The notes beneath the pieces are model-generated. The model ran no database searches. It worked only from the letters and a program-made list of their open reading frames with translations, and was not told the DNA's origin. A stretch of 64,000 nt of DNA from Azolla caroliniana (Eukaryota; Plantae; Polypodiophyta). Below, piece by piece: positions 24,021-36,500 of this stretch (the stretch's first letter is position 1; the number at the start of each line of letters is the position of its first letter). The stretch lies in assembly GCA_043228905.1 (NCBI GenBank), contig JBHGNT010000015.1:2790001-2854000 (forward strand), read 5' to 3'. Position numbers and translations under genes: made by a program.

Positions 24021-27000
24021 GTGGAGGCGGTCTCCTTCGACGACACCTTGGGGATGCTGAGGAAGGTTGCCGGAGAAGACCTTAACGAAGACCGGACGAT
24101 ACCGGTATGTTCCGAAGAGATGTACGAAGTCATCGCAAACTTCAGTCGGGGGCTCGGGTCGGATCGGACGGCCCGAGTTAGCACAAAGTACAAGGCTGTG
24201 GACCGGAAGGTAAGGCCAGTCGCGGCACCCTTACCGGAGGGCAGCGAGTCCCGGATTAGAGGGGTTGCGTCGGACCCCAGTTTACGAGATCCGGCCTGCA
24301 TAGGACACACCTTCACCGATGGGACGCTCCGGGAGCTCAAAATCGGTGGGGGCGGGTTCCTACTGCCGGCGGAGGAAGACCTGTTTCGGAGGATGCTCGG
24401 AAGGCACGGGAAAGCCTTCGCATTCTCACCGGAAGAGATCGGGTGCGTAGACCCAACGATCGTGGAGCCGATGGTGATATTCACGGTACCGCATGTGCCG
24501 TGGAATCTCAAGCCGATCCCGGTACCGAGTGCTCACATCCCGAAGTTGATGGAGCTATTGAGGCAGAAAGTAGATATGGGCATTCTCGAACCGTCGAGTG
24601 CCCCATACTCGAACCGATGGTTTACTGTACCAAAGAAAAACGGAACGATGCGCTTCATTCAAGACCTGCAGCTGGTCAACAGAGTGACCATTCGGAACGC
24701 AGGAATCGAACCGACCATAGAAGAGTTCGTGGAGGCCTTCGCCGGAAGGTCGATTTACTCGGTCGGTGATCTGTACTCGGGGTACGACCAGTTCCAGCTA
24801 GCCGTGGAGAGCAGAGACATTACGACGATGCGAACTCCCCTCGGCCTAGTGCGAATGTGTACCCTGCCACAAGGAGGGACCAACTCGGTGGCCCACATGG
24901 TGAATGCAATGAACAAGGTACTGAGGGATTGCATCCCGGACATCACCATGCCGTTTCTAGACGACATCCCTATCAAAGGGTGCCCGGTAGAAGAGAAGGA
25001 CGAGACAGTCGGGCCGGACGGATGCCGGCGATTCGTGGCGACACACATCGACGACTGCGAGAAGGTGCTACAAAGGCTAGAGGATGCGAGGCTCACCTTC
25101 TCCGGGGAGAAATCGGCCTTCGGGCAATCGGAAATCCTGGTGGTCGGACACCTATGTGGACCCTATGGCCGGAAGCCGTCTCCGGCAAAGGTAGAAGCCA
25201 TCTCCGCGATGAAGACCGATTGTAGCTCGGTGACGGAAGTTCGGAGGTTCCTGGGGGCATGCACGTTCTACCACATATGGATCCCGCATTACGCCCACGT
25301 GGCGGAGCCGCTATACGGGTTGCTGAAGAAAGGGCGAAAATTTGAGTGGCGAGACGAGCACACGGAGTCGGTCCGGAAGCTGAAGGAAGCTCTTGCGGCA
25401 GCACCGGCGCTCCGGAAGGCTGTCTACGAGAAAGGTACCCCAGTATACATAACAGCGGATACGAGTCCGACCGGGATCGGGTGGGTCATCAACCAAGAAG
25501 ACGAGGACGGCATTCGGTTCCCGATCCGATTCGGCGCGAAGGTTCTTAGTGAACGACAGCGAGGGTACGCCCAGGTTAAACGCGAACTCTGGGGTATCGT
25601 TTCGGCAGTAAAGGCCGACAAAGACTACTTGATCGGGACGGAAGTGGTTATCGAGACGGATTGCCTGCCGATTCTCGGCATGGTTTCCAGATGTGCGACA
25701 CCGGACCTGGCGATGCTCAGGTGGATAGCGTACATCAAGTCCCTGGACCCGGAAATACGACACATTTCCGGAAAAGACAACGCCATGGCCGACATGCTTT
25801 CGAGGGCGAGGTTTGATGACGAGGGCGGCATGGTTTCGGAGGACGAAGAAGTCGGCGTGGACTTCTTCGAGGCGGCGTACGTGACGATCGACGGGGCGAG
25901 CACTCCGACACTTAATGGCTTCGACGAGAGCAAGTACGATGGCGAGTGGGTACAGATCGGTGGATTTTTGAGGACAATGACGCCGGATGCTTCATGGACG
26001 AAGGACGAGGCCAACCGGATCCGGAAGAAAGCATACCGATTCTTTCTCCAGGATGGATACTTATGGAAGCACCCGAAGAAGAGGAACGGCGTCCCGCCCC
26101 GGGTGGTGGCGATGAAGGAAGAACAGGAGGAGCTGCTGACGGCCTACCACGACAGCCCTTGGGTTGGACACCGTGGAACGTGGGCCACGTTCGAGAAGAT
26201 AAAGGGGAAGTACTGGTGGCCGGGACTGTACCGGGACGTGCGTCGGTTCGTGACAACTTGCGAGAGCTGTCAGATGCACTCCATAGTCCGACATCGGGAC
26301 GAGCTTCACCCTACGTACCCTCCGACCATCCACTTCAAATGGATGGTAGATCTGGTGACGATGCCGATGGGAGTCGGACAGATGCGGTATCTGGTCCTGG
26401 CTCGGGAAGATCTGACGAACCAGGTGGAAGGCCGAGCCCTTCAGAACAAAACGACCGCGGTCGTATGTCGGTTCCTGATCGAGGACGTGATATGCCGATA
26501 CGGGTGCGTCGGGAAGATCGTGGCCGATCGCGGGGAGTTGGACGCCAAAGAGGCCGAGGAGCTGTTCGACCGGCTAGGAGTCAAGCTCTCGCTTACCACT
26601 GCGTACAATCCGGAGGCGAATGGGAAGGTGGAGTGCGGACACGGACCAATCGTCAAGGCGTTAGTTCGGGCATGCGGAGGTCAAGTCGGGAACTGGCCGC
26701 GGTTGTTGCCTTACCCGTTGTGGGCGGACCGAACTACGCACAGTTCGGTAACCGGATTCATGCCGGCAGAGCTGATGTTTGGGCAGAAGCCGGTCATGCC
26801 GATGGAACGCACGATCTCCTCGTGGGCAACCATGGACTGGAGAGGCGAGATGAGCCGAGAGGAACTGCTGGCGGCGCGTATACGACAGCTCGAGCGAAGA
26901 CCGGAGGACGTGGAGCAGGCTGTGGAAAAGCTTCGGGAAGCAAGGATGAGGAACAAAGCCCGGTTCGACCGAACGCACCGGCTCCGACCGAAGAAGGTCG

Positions 27001-27284
27001 AGGAAGGCGACTGGGTGCTAGTCTACGACAGCAGCCTTGACAACCAGCACCGAGCGACACGGAAGTTCGCAAGAAGGTGGTTCGGGCCTTACGTGGTACA
27101 AAGCGCCAACGACAACGGGACGTACCATCTGGCGGAACTCGACGACTCAAGAATAGCGATACCGGTAGCTGGGAAGCGGATCAAAGCGTTCAAGAAGCGT
27201 CACGACAACGAGCCGGATCCGGTTAACCTGGACCGCGACGACGAACGATCCGAAACCGAGGAAGAACCGACGGGCGGGGAATGA
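24021..27284 (+). CDS. G2 Pol (RT, RNase H, integrase), -1 frame relative to ORF1
   Basis: LPQG...FLDDI, ADTSP, HRG...CESC, PEANGKVE, RWFGPY. Confidence 0.93.
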   Translation: MEAVSFDDTLGMLRKVAGEDLNEDRTIPVCSEEMYEVIANFSRGLGSDRTARVSTKYKAVDRKVRPVAAPLPEGSESRIRGVASDPSLRDPACIGHTFTDGTLRELKIGGGGFLLPAEEDLFRRMLGRHGKAFAFSPEEIGCVDPTIVEPMVIFTVPHVPWNLKPIPVPSAHIPKLMELLRQKVDMGILEPSSAPYSNRWFTVPKKNGTMRFIQDLQLVNRVTIRNAGIEPTIEEFVEAFAGRSIYSVGDLYSGYDQFQLAVESRDITTMRTPLGLVRMCTLPQGGTNSVAHMVNAMNKVLRDCIPDITMPFLDDIPIKGCPVEEKDETVGPDGCRRFVATHIDDCEKVLQRLEDARLTFSGEKSAFGQSEILVVGHLCGPYGRKPSPAKVEAISAMKTDCSSVTEVRRFLGACTFYHIWIPHYAHVAEPLYGLLKKGRKFEWRDEHTESVRKLKEALAAAPALRKAVYEKGTPVYITADTSPTGIGWVINQEDEDGIRFPIRFGAKVLSERQRGYAQVKRELWGIVSAVKADKDYLIGTEVVIETDCLPILGMVSRCATPDLAMLRWIAYIKSLDPEIRHISGKDNAMADMLSRARFDDEGGMVSEDEEVGVDFFEAAYVTIDGASTPTLNGFDESKYDGEWVQIGGFLRTMTPDASWTKDEANRIRKKAYRFFLQDGYLWKHPKKRNGVPPRVVAMKEEQEELLTAYHDSPWVGHRGTWATFEKIKGKYWWPGLYRDVRRFVTTCESCQMHSIVRHRDELHPTYPPTIHFKWMVDLVTMPMGVGQMRYLVLAREDLTNQVEGRALQNKTTAVVCRFLIEDVICRYGCVGKIVADRGELDAKEAEELFDRLGVKLSLTTAYNPEANGKVECGHGPIVKALVRACGGQVGNWPRLLPYPLWADRTTHSSVTGFMPAELMFGQKPVMPMERTISSWATMDWRGEMSREELLAARIRQLERRPEDVEQAVEKLREARMRNKARFDRTHRLRPKKVEEGDWVLVYDSSLDNQHRATRKFARRWFGPYVVQSANDNGTYHLAELDDSRIAIPVAGKRIKAFKKRHDNEPDPVNLDRDDERSETEEEPTGGE

Positions 27285-27985
27285 AGGCTGGACCGGTTTT
27301 CTCCGTCCCAACACAATTTGGCGCATGCCGGTGGATGCGCGGTTAGGTGGGGGCGGATGTCGTGAAGAAAACCGTCCACGAGCGGAATCGGTGCACCAGA
27401 GCGTAGAAACCGACTCTTCATGCACGGGCGCCTTATGTTGTACATAGGAGATCCTAGGAAGATTCGGTAGGTAGGAAGTAAAGGGGAAACGGCTCCGTCC
27501 TTGCTTATAAAAGGAGGGAGACGAGGAGGGGCGAACGATCGCGGAAAGTCGAGGAGGAAGTGCTGTCGGTTTGCGTGCGAAGGCTTCTCTCTCTCTCTCT
27601 CTCTGGTTCGCAAACTCCATAGCTCCCTTCTGTGCAGGTTTCGGGAGGCTCGCGCTGCTCTGAGGAATGCCCGTGTGCTTCTGGCAGCACCTCCAACCTG
27701 CTCCTTCCTTTCTATGCGTTTACGAACAGGTATCGGCATCTGTTCGCCGGCCTGTTCGGTTGTAACCGACTCTGTGTTGTGTTGTTTGTCGTTTGTTAAT
27801 ACATACATACGTTTGTGTCTTCCTGTGTCACTGTCCCACTCGCATCCTTGTGTCGAAGGGCCGTGTCCCTGTGAATCTACTCTCGCACGTAGTGGGCATC
27901 TTCTCCTTTCTCTCTTGCTCTTTGGTACAGGACCCCCGAGGTCCCGCCTCATTCCACGCATCCGCGAGGAAAACCTCGACAACGG

Positions 27986-29117
27986 TAACGCCCATTGGAG
28001 TGCTCGCAGTGTGAGCCAGGAGCTTGTCTTTTCCATCTCTCTCACCCGGTCAATGACCTGGTCGATGGTACTTGTGCGGAAGTCAATTACCGTGCAAACC
28101 GTGCGTAGGGGTTCCCGGAGCGCGTTTAGGAATATAGTCCGTAATTCTTCCTCCGGGGGTGCGCGGGCAAGCTGACTATGCATCCGTTGAAACCGGATGA
28201 CAAATTGGGGAATGCTCTTCCTTGCCTCCTATCGGATGGTATAAAATAAGCCTACCATTACGGTCTGGTCCACCTCCTTTTGGAAAAAATGCAAGAATTT
28301 AGCTTTTAAATCTGCAAAGGTGTTGATGGTAGACGGGTCCTGCGTCCGGCGCCATCTTGCTGCCGGTCCCTCCAATGTGACGCCAAATTCCGCTATCTTA
28401 GAGCGTTCTTCTTCATCCGGGGTCAATCGCTGGGATACATGGTTGGCTTCCCATGTCTGTTCAAAGGCGTGCACATGAGCTTCCGCGTCCGGATCATCTC
28501 TATACTTGGAGTACTGGAACGGCATGTCGTCGTCCGATATCGGTGCGCGGGCTGGCAATGTTGGTGCTCGTTCCGGAATTTTCTCCGGCGTCGGTGGTCT
28601 TTCCCGATTTGTTTCCGGCGTCGGTGGTTTTTCCTCTTCTTTTGGTGACGGAGGCCTCTCCACTTCGACTTCCGGTGTCGGAGGTCGCTCTTCCTCTGTT
28701 GGTTCCGGGGGTTCCTGCGTTAGCACTTCCGGTTCCGGTGTCGGTAAGGTATCTGATCCTTCGTCCTCCGGTCCGCCCGGGGTTTCGTTGCTGCTACGGT
28801 AGTTCATGTGCACGCTGTATTCCCCTTCGGAGTCCTATTCATATGCTGAAAAGGCTTCTGCTTCGCCTTCTCCATTTGCCAACGTGTGGAGAAGGGATTT
28901 GGTTTCCCGGAGGCTGCTTAGGCTGCTGCTGTCGTCCGGGTGCAATGTTTGCTGTAACTAGAGGGAGTCCTCCACTACTCTCCGGATTACATTGGAAAAC
29001 GAGCGATCCGCTCTAATTTCCTGCGCCGCTTGCTGGAAAGCCTCGCGTCTCCTTTGCCTTTCGGCAAGGCGTCGAGTTCGATCTGTAACCAGGTTGTGCG
29101 TTGATCTAGACATCCAT
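27986..29117 (-). pseudogene. G1 gag N-terminal part
   Basis: FQYSKYRDDPDAEAHVHAF...LEGPAARW...FLHFF retrotransposon gag; continues ORF 20272-20990 across G2. Confidence 0.8.
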
Positions 29118-30449
29118 CCGTGCCGTCGTTCGCTGCAAAAACAGGAATCGTGGTCGCCAAAAACTGTGTTAACTCTTAGGGCCGGACAATGGCCTAACAC
29201 AGGGTGTCTATGGAAGACACATCACCAAAGGGTGTTACGGCAACCGGATTAGACTCAACGCTTAACCCGACTTAATTAAGTTACTTAGCATGATCGTCTT
29301 TCATAATTACACGCGTAAGATATAACAATTAAGACAAAACGACAATTAACACAGAGAGATAACAATGCTAAGCTTTTATTAATTAATCGCTATTCATTAC
29401 ATTGTATCCGGGCCTTTAAATAGGTTTCCGGTCTGTATTACAAAACGGTGCCATCCGCACCTGTTCGGGATCGGTCCGGATCCGGAACGGCATATCGATT
29501 CCGGTCCGTCCGTCCACACTCATAGCTTAATTACAACCACATTCCTACTACTTAAATAACTCTCCGTTTCCCACTCTGGACTCCTTTGCCGGCCGGTTAC
29601 ACGAAACCGATTGTTTGGGCTGATTTTGCTTTGGATGACTGCAGCGATGAGAGGGACGGATCCAACTGATCCTCCCGAATGTCGATCAGCCAAGTGAAGC
29701 ACGAAGTGGTTGTTGCCAGGGGACCAATCTGCAGCGGGTGGTTACAACAAGCGGGTGAATAGTGTCCGGTGACCTATTCGGACGTTGTTTAACCGAATGA
29801 AGCACAATTGAGTCGGTTGTTGCTCAAGGAGCTCCCCTCAAGCGGTTACAATCACAGGAAAAGAGTACAACCAGTTGGCTTACTCCAATTTGTGATTTAA
29901 CACAGTGAGATGCAAGCTTTTTGTTTTTCGTCTCCCTTCTCTGTTCTTCAAATAAAACGAAAACAGAATGTTGTGTTGTGCGATGATGGTCGGCAGCGGG
30001 TTGAAGAACCTCCAATGCTCTGATACCAAATGTTGGGGACAAGGCCGTCAATGTGGAAGTGCAAGCACCATTCGTGAAGAAGAAGAACCTGTGTATTCAT
30101 GAGCAAGATAGACACAGAGGGAGAGAGAGAGAGAGAGAGAGAGGCACAAACAATACGTTATATTGCAATAGCAATAGTTACAAACGACAACCGACCCTCA
30201 CTAAAGGTTACAAAGTCACTTATATATAGTGATTATCCTAGGGCAACTGCCCTTTATGCTATTTACAGAAATAGCCCGAACTTGGGCTGTCCAAAGGGAC
30301 AGTGTGAATACAGCCATTATACACTCGTATTCGACACATGGCACGTCGGATCCGTCCCTCTACTCATCGTTCAAAATGTCCAGGACGTTCGGCTCCGTCC
30401 GTACGGCCTGGTCCAGAAGCGGTGTGATGTCCATAGATGGTTTGTTGTT

Positions 30450-31900
30450 CTACTCGACCGACTCCGCCAATTGCGTGTCGTCCACTTCACCATGTTCGGC
30501 CGGTGTGTGAGTTCCCATGTTGTCATATGTACTCCGAGTGATTAGGACTGGCTTAGTTGGTTCGACATCCGGATCATTCCTCCAAGGTTTTGGTGTGGGC
30601 TCTTCTGTCTGTGGGCAAGTGGTCGGACGAGGCTCTTCCCTGTCCGTTTCTTTCGTAGCGTTGACAGGAGTAGTGGTCACCTCTGGTGGGTTGTTCGAAT
30701 TGGGCTGAGGCTCATCTTGTTCGGCGGAATCATTGTCTGGTACCGCAATTGTCTCCATCTTCTGTTGTTCGCTGCTGATCTCTAGTAGCTGGTGGAAAAT
30801 GTTTTCTTGACTTTCCCCGAAATCTTCCAACACTTGCGTAAGTTTTTTGGAGTGCTGGTTCGCTAGCGTGTGATAGTCTTGCGCGAGGTCTTCGCTTACT
30901 GCCACAATGCTTTCCTCATTGAGCTTGTAGAAGGCAGAGGTGTGCAATTCTGCTGCTTGCGTTGCCCACGCTGTCCATCCTTTGTCCAATGCCACTTTGC
31001 CGTAAACCGCTCGCGATTTGTTTGAAGAAGGACACGCACATTGTCCGTTATTGTTTGGGAGCAGGTTTGCACTTCGTCTAGGGCTTTCTTGAGGTTTTCG
31101 ATTTTACGCTTATTGGCTGTAGCCGTCTCCTCATAGAGGCTCTTCATCTTCATCCATATCTAGGATTCTTTCAAGTGTAGTTCCTCGAGCCGACCCATTT
31201 CATTGTTTAGGCGGACTTCTACCTGATGCTTCAGTTCCCGTTCCCGCACGAGCTGCTCGTCGTACCATGCTTTCTTCCTTTCCAATAACTCTCGGAGTCC
31301 CGTGACGACGACTTCTGTCTTTTGGGTTTCCTCACGTAGCTTCCTGTTTTCTTCTTTTGTGCGGGTATGCGTTGCTGTCTCCGCCTCGAGCTTATCCTCT
31401 AGTGCTTTCACCGTTGTCCTTTTGCCCGAACATCCTTTTCTCTATCTGATGATTGGTGCAGTTCCGCATGGAGGCGATCAATCTCGGACTCGGCTAATTG
31501 CGTAGCTCTTTTTGCTTTTGCGGCGATGGCGGTTTGTGCTTCGACCTCCTCCCGTAAAGTCGTCGCTGCGTCGTCGCTGGATGCTAGTCCGGGGTTTTGC
31601 TGCGACGTACTTGTGTTGCGTTATAATTCCGCAATGCGCTCTTGGGCCTTCTGTAGTTGGGTTTGAGTCAGCTAGAGTGTTTTCTAGAAATTCTTATTTT
31701 TGATAGCCATATCTTTGGCTCCCATACTGACTGTGGCCATCTCCCTATGTACTTCAACGAGGGTCGTATTCAATGGGGGTAATTCAATGCCAATGCGGCG
31801 AATCCATGTGTTTCGCTATCTGCCTATCTTGGCGAGGGGTCCTCATCATCGCTTTTCACCGTTCTCGTTAGCGCATGCTCAATCATTTGTTGTTCTGCGT
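30450..31900 (-). pseudogene. G0 accessory ORF, C-terminal part
   Basis: KGWTAWATQAAELH...FYKLNEESI; coiled coil colinear with G4 47981-49279. Confidence 0.82.
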
Positions 31901-33532
31901 TGTCGTGCCTTTCAACTCCAGATCGTTGCGTGAGTCGGGTGGGAACCACTGAGGTTTTGGACTAGGAGAAAGAAGAATACAATATAAGGCTAGTTATGAA
32001 TAGGTAGAAAGAGAAGTAAGAAATAAAACTTGTGAATCCCACATGTTTAGTGTATTTAATCAATATTTAGATTGTAAGAAAGAGAATTAGATGATAAACT
32101 TGTGAATCCCACGAATATATTAGATTGATCAATCCTTGTAAAATAATCAACCCCCTCATACATCTTTCTTTCCTCCTTATATAAGGATGGAAGAGGCTAA
32201 ACATAGCTTCATGCTTTTTCTAAAGTGTTCATGCACACTAAATGTGCACGAGTAATTTTTTATTGGTGTACATTTTTCTTATAAAAAAAGTATTCATGCA
32301 TTTAAAAATGCATGACTTACCTTTCAATAAAGGTAGGCGTAAATAAAGGTCTTATACGTATTAAATTTATATTTATAATACTTAGGATAAGTTAGTACAA
32401 TGGTAAGGTTGCGGTTTGTCTATGTGAAGGTACAGGGTTCAAATCTTCCCCTATGCACGTAATAAATATTTTCTTCTATTTTACAAACTTGTCTCTTCAT
32501 CTGGTGAGAGACTCTCACCGACCTTCTTTATCCGGCTCTTGCTGGTTATGTTTGATCCGGTTCTTACTGGGTCTCCTTACTGGGTCCTCATTACTGGTTC
32601 CTCCTTGTCCCATCCGGAGGAACAAAAATGCAATTTTCACGTAGTGTGTGAATTACACTACGACACTCACCCCCTCCAAACCCGCACATCCTCCGGTATG
32701 TGCCGAAGTTCCCGATGCTCATTATTCGCCTTCATCCATAGCACTCTTCGATTCTCCCCTTATGTCAACAACACCGGGTCATTTGAAACAGGTAATATGT
32801 CGTATTCTCTTTTGGCATAGTTGGCCAGATGTAGAAAAGTACCCTATTTTAGCCCGATATCGAAAATATACGATGCATGCGTACCCCTTTTGCGACTTGA
32901 TGGTTAAATATAGAACAAAAAAAACCTAGCAATTACTAAATTGTATATGTGTCCACATTCGTGTCAATTTGCATATCATGGAGCACAATTGAAGACTTGG
33001 TTCAATATAAAGTTCTAAAATTGGTATCCATATTCAAATTGTAGAGTAAAACTACATAAACCGTAATTATAAATATGTGGTTTTGGGTTTAGGAATAAAG
33101 TAGTACCCCACTTGTTGGACGGGTATATCGATAGTTTCATTGTATAATGTCATATAGTTCATGACAATGTAATTGGTAAGAGTAACAACTACGTACGACA
33201 TTCATTTATACTATGTGGAACCAGTAGACTTGAACTGTAAGTAATTAAAAACCTCTTATTATCAAAAACATTCGCCTTTTCATATACAGTCATGCTAACG
33301 GAAATGAGAAATTACAATATCATGTTAATATCTCAAACTGAAGAAGAGCATGGTGACCAATTATATGTAAATACAAACTACGGTTCCAATAATGATTAAA
33401 AAGGGAAATTATGAACAGGTGAATTTAATTAAACGATAAACAATTACAAATGTTCTCATATACAAATATAATATGAAGTGATGGTGAACATTATGCCTCA
33501 AAATCCTCAATTTTTACATTACGCCATCTACA

Positions 33533-36500
33533 TCAATCTATAAGCGAATCAGGCAGAGCAGGCTCCTCTGGCGCTGATTGTTCTAGACTGTTTTCATTCG
33601 TGTCATCTCCAAGCTCTCCCGAATCTGATGTATGGTCAAACTGTGCTACATCTTCCAGGTCCACCAGCTCCCCTGCTTCTTCATCAATTGGTTCCATTGG
33701 TTCTCATGAAGTCATCTGGAACATCTCTGTCTCGTTGATGTGTTTTGCTCCGACTTCTTGATCCTGATCTGGACAGTCCCAGATTCCTGTGATCCTCATT
33801 TTGATGAAGTTAACTTGAGCAGGGTCCTTCTCCAATGCAACACAGTTTCTAAACATTTTCAATGCACAAGCTGTCGTTGTACCTAATGGTCGCATGAACA
33901 CAAACAAGTATATATAAGAAGTAACGTCTTAATCTTGATCGACAAGATTGAAATTAAATATATATATTATACCTGTGCCAGAGAACAAGTCTAGGACCCA
34001 ATCATCTGGATTCGAGAAGAGCTCTATGAGGCGGTTGATCAATCTTTGAGGTTTTTGATAAGGGTTCACCATACTTTTATCCCCTGACACATGTCTTAAT
34101 TTTTTGGTTACAGCTGGGCACATGATGTAGTTAACCACGTTACGCTAAGTGACATGTGCTCTAGCCTTCTTCTTTGTAATTGAATCATAGTAGCCCACAC
34201 AAAAATGTTCGACCGCACTAACCATTCGATCGCCAGGGCTACGTGTAATATTTGTTTTGATCCTATAGAGAAAGAAAATCAAGTATTAGAGGTGTAAATT
34301 TGTACATATAATAAGAAGTACTGTAATGAGTAAAAGCGAACTATAACGCACCAATGCATGTGTTCAGTGGCATGACAACAGGACTTCAAAGCTGTTGTGA
34401 CTGACAGTGATTGCCCCATGCTATGAAATAGGACTATCCTCCACAAGGGGGCCAATGTCAGTTCTGCGAAATCCTTTACCATTTTCTCGATCTGAGGGTA
34501 CTTGAAAGGCACATCATCATATGTTGATCCCGCAATACGGAAACCATATGGTATGTCAGCTATCAGCAAAGTGTAGTGCCTTCTCGGTAACAGTTCGAGC
34601 ATCTGGGATACTTCGCCATTGAAAACACTATAATGAAGCTGTTTGAAAGGATCAAACCTATGCAAAAAACTCTTTACAGTCTCTGAATCCTCGGGCAGTT
34701 CCATTTCCTTCCCTTTGGTCATTCTCTTCTCATATTTCGCACGTTCTAAGTGCGTGATGAAGGCCGCTGGAATACCGTCATTATTGTCGTTGTTCTTTTT
34801 CGATTTTGATGGTTTCTGCAAGTGTCAATGTTGTTAGCAGGGAACATTAGTTTCTAACATATCAACATTCAAAAGACACATACCCATTCTCTAAATACAA
34901 TAAAATATTCCTCCAATGCCTTGTAGGAAGAAGTTATCGGGCAGGCTTGTTCAACTTCTTCCCATGTCGGTAAACTCAGTTTTTGCATCATCAACTCCTG
35001 AATCTTCATGTATACCTTGTGACTGCACAATCAATATGAAATTAGAAATAAGCTATTCAAAATAATTGAAGACTTTCATGAAAAGGTATACTATAAACAC
35101 TTACTTTTGCAAGTCTGTTACCATCTCGTCCAAACTAAATTCCTTGGCGACCACTCGAGATAGCACGGATATTAACAATCTATCATCTTTGATACCTTGT
35201 AATGATCTCCAAGGTAAAAGTTTCATGTCCTCTGCTAACTCCTCGATTACCAAGTCGCTTTTTCCCTTGGTCTTTGATTTGATCTCAACTTGTGGATCAA
35301 TTCTTCCCTTTTTTGATCTTTGCCCCTTAACTTCTTTCTGCTCCCACATAGAGAATATTTTGTCTTGGAGATCCCACACCTCTCCGGTCCGAAAAGCTAG
35401 TTGAAACCAAGAATCATATTTTCGGAGACCTTCGGATTTGGTACTCTCATCCACTGCAATCCCTACTTCCAATAAACACTGGCGTCGCAATCCAAGCCAC
35501 AATCTTGGACCAAAATGATTCAAGGCATCCAGGTATTCATGATGAAAAAATCTTATCCTCTCTATACATGACATCTTTTGCCTATAATCGTTGTCATTGT
35601 TATGGTCCCATGCGAGCAGCTTCGCCTCCTCGTGAGTTAGTCCTGCATATACCTTACATTCGGCGTACTTGAAGAACGGCGTGAGAGGATATTCTTTGAC
35701 AAGCTGTCGTCGAGCTTCGGCCGAATGTGATCCTCCAATTACATAGTATGTGTAATCGTCTGCAGAGCTATACTTGAAATCTGCTACTGTTGGGCATTGT
35801 TCTTGATCAACCATTACCAAAAATGGCACCACAGTAGCGTGAGGATTGATTTTCATTTTTCTTTTCAGGTTTTGCATATGGACGGAGTGCGGCTCCCTAA
35901 TTTCCAGGGGACATCTTCCAGTCACGGGGTCAATGGGGGGCCTTTGGATAGAAGTAATGGGCAAATGAAATAGCTGGCCCCTGCGCACAAGTTTAGTCTT
36001 CACAATATTTTCTCTTATTTTATTTTGTTCTGACGTCAGGACACCAGAAGATAGTTGTCTGCCTGGAGCCACGACGTCGACTTGTTGGTCGTCTTCTTCT
36101 TCCACGAACTCTAATATTTCTTTTAGTATATTTCTTCGGGTCGTGGTCGTTTAGTATATTTCTTTTGAACAGGATTTGTCTTCCTAGAATTTTTCGGTGG
36201 AGTTTCTGCTTCACCGGTCATCATCTCTCCTGTCACGTACGACCGAAGAGCTACCAACAAGTTATTTTTCGTTTGTAGGTCTTTACGCAAAGCCTTGGGA
36301 TTGCAAGATTCGGGTACTAGGTTTCCCTCGTCAAGTCGCAATCGCCTGTTGCCAACTGAGCTCGAGACATCGATTAAAATACTTGTAGAGTCAATGTCTT
36401 CGTACTCTAGCTTGGTTACATGCCCGTAATTAAATGTTTTTCCAAGCTAAAGTTTCCCTTCCCCGTCCGATTTTGCTGTTATCAATAACAACACCCCATC

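Larger units (their letters stand above)
20995..27981 (+). mobile_element. Ty3/Gypsy element G2 (tRNA-Trp PBS), near intact
   Basis: LTRs 20995-21620 and 27358-27981 (TGTCGTG...CTCGACA); PBS TGGTGAACCCGACGTGA at 21624-21640; PPT at 27345-27357; 4-bp TSD ACGA/ACGG restores the host gag frame (ALPSDED). Confidence 0.95.
7412..29601 (-). mobile_element. Ty3/Gypsy non-chromovirus element G1 (tRNA-Arg PBS) with a large accessory ORF
   Basis: LTRs 7412-7846 and 29167-29601 (TGTTAACTC...TACA/AACA); PBS TGGCGACCACG on minus at 29149-29159; order gag-PR-RT-RH-IN then an extra ORF; no clean TSD (CCGGT vs CGAAA). Confidence 0.88.
936..30336 (-). mobile_element. Ty1/Copia LTR retrotransposon C1 (degenerate, multiply interrupted)
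   Basis: LTRs 936-1214 and 30031-30336 (TGTTGGGGAC...TTCGACA); TSD CATGG at 931-935 and 30337-30341; tRNA-iMet PBS at 30017-30028; PPT at 1215-1222; pol and gag fragments on minus strand. Confidence 0.9.

Noticed and set aside
27200-28183. ORFs spanning LTRs (27200-28183, 21142-21621, 14397-14797, 9469-9809)
   Set aside because: Chimeric read-through of LTR sequence, duplicated in both LTRs, not genes.
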